This document shows, in pieces, positions 27,501-39,500 of a stretch of 64,000 bases of DNA (positions within the stretch are counted from its first letter, which is position 1; the number at the start of each line of letters is the position of its first letter). A program made the translations under genes and the position numbers. Under the pieces are notes generated by a model. The model worked only from the letters and a program-made list of their open reading frames with translations. It ran no database searches and had not been told where the DNA came from. This DNA comes from Tubiluchus corallicola (lineage: Eukaryota; Animalia; Priapulida), in NCBI GenBank assembly GCA_030141605.1, contig JAQGDQ010000159.1, forward strand, positions 186,001 to 250,000. The letters are read 5' to 3'.

Positions 27501-30500
27501 GTGAATAATAAGAAACAATTTTTAGAATATTAATAAATGTGAAAAAGTGACATACTTTGCAATTTGTAGAAATGGCAATGCATTTTACATTTTGAAATAG
27601 AAATGAAGAATATGACATCCTATAGTGTGCAGAAAATTGTTAGAAATTGACTCATAGGGTCCTTTGTAGTTTGCAGTAGTTCTGTTAATACACTTAGAAC
27701 AACAACTAATGAGAAGGTGATTTATAGTTTGTAACAATTTTTAGTAAGAAGTTTATACAATACTTTTAGCAATAACATGAAATGAGAAGAAATAAGATGC
27801 TTTGTATTTTTTGATGTAGTAATACATTTATAATAGTAAGATGTAAGATGTACTGAAGAAGATGCTTTGTATTTTTTGATGTAGTAATATGTTTATAATA
27901 GTAAGATGTAAGATGTACTGAAGAAGTTGCAAAGTTTACAAAACATGAAATGTAAGATGCTTGGTAAAATTGTGTGTAGATTCTTGTAGTGTACTTAAAA
28001 TAACTAGAAGAGGTGTAATATAAGGTGTTTATAGTTGTATGTTCTTGTAATTTTCTTTATAACAAGAGATGAGAGCAAGCAAAATGCTTTGTAGTTTATA
28101 GATTTTTGTAATGCCTTTAAGAAGTCAGAAATTAATGAGCAAGATGTTTTTTTTAGTTTTTGGAAGTTGTGAAAAAGTAAAAAAGTGCTTACCGGTTTCT
28201 TACTTGTTGACTTCTGCAGTTTCTTGCTCAATGGATTGAATTAGCATCATTAATAGCTCTTTATTTATACCCGGAAAGCTGAGAGAGTCGTATTTGGGAT
28301 GCAATCAAAATGTAACACATCACTTTCAAGGTACCCTGTAATTTATTTACTACAACAGTTCTTATTGCTTAATACAATTATACAGTGATATATAATGAAA
28401 GGTGGTATCCAAGGACTAAGTTTCTGCAATGTCATTCATGTACAACCTTGCAAAATGAGGTGAATACCAGAAGGTGAAATTGAGTTGCTTTACAAGAACT
28501 TCAAAATCTAGCTGATGATTTTACAATGTTGTATTGCACCCATATGAGATATTTTTTTGCTGAACAGGTGATTGGTGAATAAGATAAGTTTTGATTCTGA
28601 ATATACTTTTTGAATTTTAATATGGCAATCATTTTTGTTTTGTCATGCATTTATGCGATTTGGATTGTTCCTTGACAAAATAGACAAATATGCAGGAGAT
28701 TAGACTACCTTTATTTAACAGGCAAGCTTTTATGTTGTTTCATACATTTAGTCAGAACTGACTGACAACAGAAGAGTTTCAGAAAGTATTAATTTGTTCT
28801 AGAAAAATGCAAAGAACAATTTATCGATATTTCAATGTTAAGCAGCAAGGTGAAGTTTTTGATGTATGTTGGATGTGGAAAATCAAATGAGTCAATTGAT
28901 TTGCGAGCTTGTTATATTGTTGGGAAAATGCAAAAGACATTTTTCTGTGTTATTCAGGGTTGCAGCGAAGGTTGTGTTTGTCTTCCAATGTCACCTTAAT
29001 TTCACTATTTGAAATTTAAAACTGATTTGTTTAACAATTAATAGATTTCTACCTGGTGTGGAGAGAAACTACACACATGTTCTTAAATAACTAACGTATT
29101 TTTAACTCTTGAGGAAAATTTTACACCCATCGTAAAAGCAATACTTTGTCCTTCATCATTGTATTTGTTGAAGGAAGGGAAATGGAATACTAAGGTGAAG
29201 TTTTTTTTTGAAGTGTAGTGTTTGCGTGAAGTCATGTATCATGAAGATACTCTTTCCTCCATATTGTCACATTTCACTTAACCTTGATGTTGAAACCTTC
29301 AATATGCAGCATTTTCAGAGATCTCCTTCAGTCTGAATTTGATGCTTTATAGCTCAGTGTTTTTGGGACTGGCAATATTTGGCAATGTTTGATCACATTT
29401 TCATTCTTGAAAAGCATTCCTATGTTACTCGTTGGAGTATATTTTGTGCTTATTTTCCTCTCATTCCTAGGCAAATGGGATCTTTAAAGCTCAATTACTT
29501 GTAATGATTGAATGTTACGCCCGCATTATGAAATTATATTCGTACAAATAGTAATAGTAGTAAAGATATTCAAACAAGTAAATCAACATGATTTTTTTAA
29601 CGAAAAGCTTTTTAAAAGCAATATGTTAGTTCCATATTTAGAAGTTATATCGATGCAAATATTAATAGCTAAAATGGTAATGAAACAAATAACCCAATTC
29701 GGTGTTGCTTCTTTTGTTTATTAACTAAAAGCTTTATCAAAGCAATTTACAAAATAAGATCTTAACACTAAATATAATTTTGAAGTTTTATAAAAATATA
29801 ATTTTTATATTTAACATAAAGAACATGAAGAACATTGACAAAATTCATTTAGACTTTTGACAAACATAGAGCATTAATAATTTTGTGTCAGATTTCATCA
29901 GATTTTAATCATTTTGAAGTATGAAATGAAGTAACAGAGTCATAACTAATTAGCTGTGCTTCATAGTAGATGCATTTTTCAGTATTAGCTATAAGAACTT
30001 TGGTACTTAAGTATGTATAAAAAATATATTACTTTTGATGCTACATGTCTAACAGTTTCCATAGTATTTTGTAGTACAGTTGATGAGAATTGCTCTACAA
30101 TCTATAGCTTTGACATAGATAACATAAACATATTGACACTGTTTCCCATAATTTAGTTAAGATTTTGTCAGTCATTTTAAAATAATGGTAATTGATGATA
30201 AAACAAAACAGTTATATCAAAAGTTGTTGCAATGCAACTCGTGGAATCTTCAATCTGCATTGAATTCACATGTTCTTTTCTAAAGATTGGCAGATTTGAT
30301 TAGTGAAAGTAAAATTACAGGATCATAGTTGATTTTTGTGCCAGTATACCAATCTGTTTTAGTACTATATGAATTACATCTAAGTCTTATGTATTACACT
30401 AAGTATTAGATACCACTTTTTATGATACATAACAATTTTAAATTTGTATGTAAAAATCAAGTGCTATTTCTATTTTTCTACTTTAGCTAAGGTTTTCTCA

Positions 30501-33500
30501 GTATATTAACCACATAACATAAATGGCTAGAAGCTGACTAATTAATATTAAATCAAACAAGGACAAAAAGAAGGATATCTGAAGCCATAGTATCCTGTCT
30601 TAAAGGTGGAAAGATCAAGTCCATACAGAAAACTTTCTCCATATTTTTGTGTGCAGGAACCTTGACAAGACTTTGGACGAATGCACGTTGCCCCTGGGCT
30701 GAAATGTGTGTAAGGGTAAAATTAAAATTGTTTGTTCTGTCATTAGATTACATAGATCTTTCTAAACTGTCTTTGCCAAAATAGCATTTTGTAAGTAAAT
30801 GGTAAGAGAAGACATGTGCATTGCACAGATTTTAGAGAAACAGAATTAAAACATATTGTGGGGTGAGTGAATAGCTGATTGGTCACTCTGTGGGTTAGTG
30901 GCACTGAGCTATTTACTGAATAGATATGTAACTGCCAAGTTCATTCATTTTGATTAGTTTTTACCTGCCAAGGAAGGACGTACAACACATCCAAACATGA
31001 CTGATGCATCTCTGCCATAATTGTTTCTCATCTTAGAAGATTAGCCCTGATGACAAGGGAGATGGTTTTAATTTCTCCACAAACTTCTACATTGTGTAAT
31101 CTTTCCCACTGAGGGCCAGATTTCAGCTTGCAAGATGAGGAAAGTATTAGAAAGCTATAATTATTATTTTTCGCTCGAAAGCACGTAAAACATCTTTGCA
31201 AATAAAAACAAGACATAATATTTCCTAAATGTTGTAGCTTTTCATATAATATGGCAGCTTTTACTTACACACAAGTGTTGCCTTTGAGGTGGCAGTTGTC
31301 TAATTTGTGAAAAAATATGGAGGAGATGTGAGAGTGAGATAGCTAGAGAGAGAGAGAGAGAAGGGAAAAGGTTTAAGAGGTGATGCAAGTGACTGATAAA
31401 GGAAAGAAGGCGAAGGAAGAAAGGAACCAAAACAAAAATATAGAAGGAAAGGAGCAGAAGATGGAGAGAAACTGGTGCTGTCAATAAAGTGGAATTCTAA
31501 GCACTATAATAAAAAGTACAACTAACTGTGCTCTGATACAGACCTACCAAAATTTAAGTTCTGTGGAATTAATCACTAACACAAAGTCGTTGTTTTCATA
31601 GAACCTGCATTGTGAGTGTAACAGACCACAAACATGTGATTGTGGCTAATTCTTTTTGATAGTAGGCTGAGAAGCAACCTGAAGTCTGGAAAAGCTGTTT
31701 ATAAAAATAAATTAAGTGGGACACTGAAAAATGGAGTGCACCAAGCTTGAATACCTGTATGTGAAACAAAGAGAGAGAGTTTGTTAGAAAACTTTGGCCT
31801 TTTTATTACAGAAGTTATCTAGGATTGAAAATAGGTTTTGTTTAAATAGCATATTGGAGTTCACAAGTGGCATTTATTTATTTATTCTGAAAAAAAGTTG
31901 AATTTTCATTCAAGTAAACAATCTATGTTGTTTACATTTCACAGACATTTATGATATTTCAATAATTTTGTAAATAAATTAATTGGTAAAATGCTTTACC
32001 TCTTGCATTTGTGAATGAAAACAAATTGTCCAGGTTTCATGAGAATTTTTTGTCCATTGCAAGAAATCAAGCACATGAAAAAATACGTTCTGAACAGCAT
32101 ATGGTACATCACACATGTTGGTCTAGGAGCCAAAATTGACATATAATCATTCACGGCATTAAAACTGATGGACTTCAGGTCTTCGTCAGCATCTGTTAAT
32201 ACTCCTTCTGCTGGGTCTCTGGCTTCCATAAATGACTCAACCATCTCTCTACAAATTCAAAAATATGTACCAGAACTACTAAATAATGTTGGAATGTGAG
32301 ATTCTGAATAAACTTAATTTCATTCTAGGATACCATAGCATAAGACAATAGGTATTGTTGTTTATTTGCTGATATTTCAGTGCATATCTGCAGAATTTTC
32401 TGAGCAATTAGTGAAGCCATGAAAGCAGTAATCATTAAATTAAATTTTACCAAGTCATTGAAATCAAGAGTTATCCCTTATTAAACCAAGATTCGAAGTC
32501 ACAGTTTGCAATACTATGAAGTACCAACACTATGCAAAGCTATATCACTGCATTATTTAATCATGTAGGGGAGAGTGGGGCGAGATGGGCTACTTAAGTT
32601 TTACAATATGTATATAACACCAGCATTAATAAATTAATAACTTAATAACCTATGTTAAGTGACAGTAAATTGATGTACTTGCTTTTGCTTTTGAAGAAAA
32701 TGAGTGACAATACTCAACTTACCCTAAGCACTGGGGGAGGTTTGGTTACCATAGCCCATCTTACCCAGTATGGTAGCCCATCTCAACCAGTGTGATAGCC
32801 CATCTCAAGCAGTGCCTAGGGTGAGTTGACTATATTAACTTTACAATGACTGTCGATTATACAAAGAACAGTGGAAATGCGAAAAAGTTATGGAACGTGT
32901 TGAATTTGACCCAGGACTAGGGGTCATTCACTTACAAGACGAGTACTATATATAACACATTAGTCTACCATACACCAGTGTTCATTACATGCCTTATTCA
33001 GTCCTTCTAGCTGGCTTCTATCTAGTTTGCTCTTTCAGAAATGAAATTAGTATACCCAGCTAACCTTTATAGGCACGAGATGGGCAACAATTCATTTCAC
33101 TCAGCGGTTCCTGTGTGAACTTTGCAATAAATGTGTGATTTTACAGATAATGCAGTTAAACTTTATTTTTTATATGTTTTAAATGTTAAGTATTTTATCG
33201 TTTAATAGAGTAATTCTGCTAAGTGTTTTACTTAAGGCTTGGAAGTGCTTTCGTTAGTAACAAGGATTTATAACCAGAAGCTCACTTGTTTTTAATGTAA
33301 AATACAGCATCAAAATTACCTGAAATTACCATTTATTTCATATTCAGTTCAATTTCAAACTTACTTCAAAGTGACACTTAAAGATGACAAAGATTATACA
33401 CGTATTGTGACATTGGAATTTAGCTACCTAACACTGCATTGCAAGAACAATATTAATTGAATAAGGGAGAGTTGGTACGTAAGCCCAACTGGCCCCGGTA

Positions 33501-36500
33501 ACCAGATGACCCACTAACCCCAGGTGCATATTTTTCAAAGTCCTCCTTCCCACAACATTTGGAGGAACTAAGCCTTTCATATCTATATTACATGCATTGC
33601 GTATGTACATAGCAATGCTTCACAATAAGTATTGTTATAAAAAGAATGCTAACATCTTAGATCAATTCGTCGAAAAATCAAGTTTGGTTATGATTTTAAC
33701 AGTTTAAACAAAATAACTTAACCGTGTGTCAGCCACCATGTCTTTCTGCGCACTGTCATATTGCTGGTACAGCGTATGTAAATGAGCAATAAGTGTCACT
33801 TTAGTCATTTATTGGAAGCAGCAAACTTGCAACTAGCCCGACTCACCCCAGTAGTCCATCTCAGTCAGGTCTCTCCTACTGTGCTCAGCAAAAGCCACAA
33901 ATAGAGTAACTGATCTAAATAAGTCCTAAATTTCCTTGTCTGTGTATAAGTCTTGAATTTAATTTGTTCTACTTAGTACCTAAACTTTGAAACTCTGACA
34001 GAAAGAACCATGTTAAAATGTGTGCTCACGTGAGTGCACATGTGCATGTGTCCTTCACTTGATTAATCATTAGGCTAATTGTTGTAAGTGAATGTCTTTC
34101 TTAATGTGTGTTCTGGATATCCTACAGAAAGATGCTGAGGTTTATAAGCCAACTCCCACTGTTGAGTGTATTCAAATAGTAGTAAATGTAGTATAGTAAT
34201 GTCACTAGTAATGGATGGGTGGTTCTGACTGTGTACCAGTAGAGTGAGATCTCGAACAAGCTTTGCCATATTTAGTCAATAGCTCAAGTGGTATGCATCA
34301 TGAAAGCACGAGTTTTGGTTTCAAATTCTGGTTAACTCACAATTTTTCAGCACCTGCTTGAATTAATGGAACCATCAGACTGATTGTTGTAACCGTGATG
34401 TCTTTATTAATGATTGTCCTGGATGACTAAGGCCCTCTCCCTCTCCAACAGTAGTTCCTGATGCAGCCTTACTGTTGTTCACATATCTTCGCTTTGAAAT
34501 TTGGGTATTCTTCGATATACCAGGTAATGCAGTCCAAGCAATTTAGAGAATCCTTCAGGGTAGGATCCCAAAGTGCCTCCAATTTCGCTTCATTTTTCAA
34601 CTTCATTAGCTGAGTTGCACAGCAGATTTATTTGGAAAAGTGAGACGTTTCAGGTGCATGAGTATCTGCTTGCACATAGAAAAATTATCAAAAACTCCTG
34701 TAAACCTCTTAACTGTAAGCACACCATTTTGAGGTCTGATCAGCTAGTCAGTGAGAGTATGTTGTGTCACTAGAACCACTTACAACCCCATTATTAAGTA
34801 AGTTGTTTGTTAAACAACTGTATAACTCATCTAGACCAACTTTCTTTAAATTAATGATTTTAGGTCATGTATTTAGAACTTGTAGAGAGCAAATTTAGCT
34901 ACAAGTACATTCATTAATTGACTGCATTCTTTTATATTTGATTTTAGAAAGTAATGAAATTATTACTATTTAAACTAATAAATGAGTGAAATTTCATGCA
35001 GTAATACGTTCATCATTTCTTATTTAGATCTGTTAGTCTTGTGGTCTGGCTAACTTTTTGTGATTGCTTTTAGGATGATTGATCTCGAATCAATGTTTAT
35101 AATCATGTTTCTATCAACAATATCTATTGTTCTAATGTTAGTCCGAAAAATCTTTGAATCTTCAAACTGAAATATTGCTTCTAGATTTTACTCAAATCTC
35201 CACAGTAGTAATGTCAAGGAGTCAACACACTCCCACATGAAGATACAGCTCAAAATGTGAAGGTAGTTTGGGAACCACATGTTTAGTGGCAGATTTAAGA
35301 GGAGTGGTTGCTGACTTAGTACATTTTACTTAAAGGTCAATTCATTACTGCTCAATATGTATAAGGAGTTGGACAACCACTCACCTATAGTAGTAGATGG
35401 AGGATAGATTTTAGGAGGGTAGCTAACAAAGTGGGTATTTTAAAGTCAAGGTCAATACAATACAATTTAGGATCGGTATGGTCTCACCATATTTAAATAT
35501 GATGCTTTAAACATATTAAGGTGAAAACATATGAGACTGGAAGGTTTTCATATACACAGACATTTTTATGTAAAGATATTTATCAGTCAGATATTTATGT
35601 AAAATTTTACAAACTTACGCTTTTGATTCTTCCACATTCACGCATTTGTCAGATGGGCACGTGGCAGGTTTCCGTAATTCTCCCTTTTTCCCCATGTATT
35701 CTTCTATCGTTAGACACGGTATTCTTGATAAGCCATTTCCCAGTACGAATAGGGCAGAGACAGTGGCTACCAACAAGCACTTCATTTTCTTATTTCTAAA
35801 AGAAAAAAGTTTGTTATTTTGAGTATTTAAAGTGTGCTAACATTACATTACATTATTGTAACGCCTTTAAAATAACAAAAAATGAGGAGTAATGTATTTT
35901 GCATTTTTACAAATTGCAAGACATTTATATTAGCAATATGATTTTGGAATTTTTAGGATGAGCAGAGAAATGTAAACGGTTTTGCTTGTACTTGTAATGC
36001 TTTTAAAACAACAAGAAACGAAATATAAGGTGTTTTACACTTATAGGCTCTTGTAATTTAGAAAATAGTACGTAAGAATAAACAAGATTAGCACTTTCTA
36101 ATTTATAGATTTTGTAATGCCTTTAGGTGGCAAAAGTTAACAAATAAGATACTTTTTTAGTTTTTGTAGTTACAGACTTGGAAGTTCTTACCTGCTTCTT
36201 GACTTCTGTAGTTCCTTGCTAAATACGTAGGCCAAGATCTCCTTATTTATACCCTGAATACTGTGGCCTTGTTTAGCATACAATCAAAATTAACTTCCAG
36301 GTACCCGTTGTTTATGACAATGCATCTTAAACCTGATACAATCATGCACTGGTAAATAAAGTCAGATACCAGAGACTAAGGTTACTGCAGTGTAAATCGA
36401 ATTCGACTTTCCAAAATGGCTTTGCAAGTGAAATTGCGGGTATTTTATAAGCACTGTAAACCTAGATGTATTATTTTATAATTTATATTGTGCCCAAATG

Positions 36501-39500
36501 AGGTTGGTTGTTTGTTAAGCATAGCAAGTCGTGTGCAGAATAATTAAACATTATTCCTGTTGTCAAAGTTCACCATTCGGAATTGGGTTAGTGGGAAATT
36601 TGCAGCCCAACGCTTTTGCAATGGCGTTTGTAACATACAATGCAAAAATACAAATCAACGTTTGCTAAGTTAAGAATCACAATGCATTACATTAAAATTG
36701 GGCTGTAATCTATGCAGTGTTTCACTTATCATTTAAGCAGTTAATGCTCAGTATTATTGTAAGTTGTGTAACAACTAATTTTTGTTAGATTTTCTTACAA
36801 ATGGCTGATCGTGAACATGTCTATGCATTCTGTTTCTTGTATTTTCACCTTCTAGAATAATTCTTTTTCGATCTGGTAATGTGTTTATTTTGCTCTCGTC
36901 CAAATAGTCCTAAAATCACTTTTCCCGAGGATTGTTTGTGCTAGTTTTCACAAAATTGGGAGCGTCCCTGTCACTAATGTCACTCAGTGTCTCTGCCTTG
37001 TAGAAAGCAAAGTTATATACTTATGACATCCTCCGCACACGAAAGATTCAGCTTTCAGACTATGTTCAGTACACCGTCTGACATAGTCAGGTCTTCAAAA
37101 AATTACAAAACTGACTCTCCCTTTTCCCTATTTTTGTTATTGTTGTAGTGATTTGAAAAATAAATGATTCGAAACGGAGTGTGTGTGTGCGTGCGTGTTT
37201 GTGTTTGCGTGGGTGGGTGGGTGCGTGCATGTGGTAACGGATGCGTCACGTATCCTACGTAGCTGTTGTGTGTGCACTCGCATGTTAAATGTGTCTTCGA
37301 TTATTTGTATTTGTGTTCATTCATAAACCTATAATGTCGATTATATTATGGATTTAAATATTGATACATTAATATAAATATAGCTAAATGCTTTTTTCAT
37401 AATTTGTTGTATAACAGGTTCACAAAAATATCTGGTCTTAGAATATCTGGTTGTAAATTGCTGGTCTTAGTGAATCTTTGTAACACTTAAGTTACTTTTT
37501 CTTGTGGAACATCCTGATTAGTACTGGTGTACACATGTGTGTAAGCATATTTTGCAAAGTATGAGTGTTCTCCCACTAGTGGTCCAACTTTTTGTTCAAA
37601 TGACATTATTTGTTGTACGAATTAAGTATCGTTTCCATTTATAAAGTTGTATTCTAGCAGCTCTTATTGTAGCAAATGTACAACAGCTAGTATAGTGAAA
37701 CACATGTAGGCGTTTTTACTTTATATATTTGCCATTTATTTACTCAAAAATAAACATAAAACAAAAAGCAAAGCAATAGTTTAAATATGCTGACTACCTT
37801 ATTAAATTAAAATCTCAGTGTCAGTTCTTACAATTGCACGACGTTTCTTAAATACTGGCTAGTTTCAAAAAACTATTATTAATTTATTATGATTATTATT
37901 ACTTTTGCTAATACATAGTAATTTTGAGATTCTAATTAAAATTTAATGTAATTCACATCCTGAAAATTTCTGTTGTCTGACTGAATACGAAGTACTATAA
38001 AACGAGCTAAATCGAAAAATTCAATTATAGGTACTCCAGTACAGTTTCGATTAATAATAACGGCCTGTTCCTAAATCCAACAAGGACAATAAGAAGGGTA
38101 TTTGAATCCATAGTATCCTGTAGTAAAGGTGGTGAGATCAAGTCCGTACAACAAACGTTCTGCATATTGTTGCCTGCAGTAGCCACCACAGTGCTTTGTG
38201 TGAATGCATTTTGTACCAGGACTGAAATAATTACAAGAATATAAATTCAAATTCTGTGCATTTCATCAGATTTTGGAGTTTTTTTTACTAGAAAAAAACT
38301 TATTTTGTTATAGTATTTTTATTTCTGTAAAACCACAACAAGATATGTTTTGTACTAGTGCAAATAATAAGAAACTTTACAGCTATTTTCTGTGACATTA
38401 AGCAAGAGTTTAAAACAAGTCCTGAAGGCAGGGAAAGAAGGAAACAGAATAAAGAAATAAAGAGAAAGGTAAGGAGTGGGATAAGATAGACAAGTGTGAT
38501 AGAAAGTTAAGGAGTAACAAAAGAGATACAAACTTACTGAAAGTAAGAAGATATTTGTTGTCATATTGTTACCGAAGCTAAGTGGATAAAATGCTTTACC
38601 TTTTACATGTGCGGATGTAGAGAGTTTGTCCAGGTTTCAGAAAGATGTTGTGCCCATTGCAAGAACGCAAGCACATGAATGATTTTGTAGTGAAAACCAG
38701 TGTGTTCATCTGACATCGTGGCCGAGGAGCTAAGTTCAAAACGTAGTCATTTACTGCATTGAAACTGACAGATTTGACATCAGTATCAGAATCTGCTGGT
38801 CCATCGTTTCTTGTAAAGGAATCGACTACTGTTCTGTGGAATTAAAAACAAAAAGTTTGTGCCAAATATTGGTAGTGGCTTTAGCAGAAATTGTTCTTGT
38901 CGAAATTATGAGGTAATTATTATATTAAATTTAGGAAGCAATTTAATTAAAGAATTGAAATACAAAAAGCATTTTTAACTAGGCGCAGATTTAAACTACT
39001 GTGTGGAGCATTGTAGGATACAGTTGCGTGGTCAATCATCAATGACAGTTAGGCCTGTTAACCATGCTTAGACACTCACTAGCTTAGGTAGATTTTTTTC
39101 TTTAATTATTTAACGTTTTTTATTCATTCGGTGTGTTTGACTTCTAGTGCTAAATACACTTCTAAACTAGTCTGGAACGCAAAGCATTAGTTTACTCGCT
39201 TACTGAGTTTTTCTGACCAACCGCGTGGATATGTTATTTAGAACACCGTTTAACCCTTGTTATGGATCCGTTTTTTCTTAAGAATTCATAATACGGAGCA
39301 ACGGTATTGTGACGTCACAATGTTAAAAACTGATCAAAACTTATTACATGAACAATGATAACAACATTATTATGATGAAAAGTTGAGTTTATTGAGTTGA
39401 TTTGCAAGCGTGTTACTCAATAATTACAATAATTACTATTAATAACATTAATTACATCAATTATCATGACTATTAATTTGCATTGCTGAAGATTAACGAT

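Noticed and set aside
30699-30740. Apparent frameshift/stop making paralog B (and C) a pseudogene
   Set aside because: It appears only if the upstream AG implied by ORF 24388..24582 is used. The shared acceptor TTT(C/T)AG before S-P gives an intact 151 nt exon in all three genes; MQTNKFEFYLCNYF is intronic.
32752-32812. Regularly spaced TAGCCCATCT repeats resembling a CRISPR array
   Set aside because: Eukaryotic context, very short spacing, and the repeats match the TIR core of the surrounding transposon.
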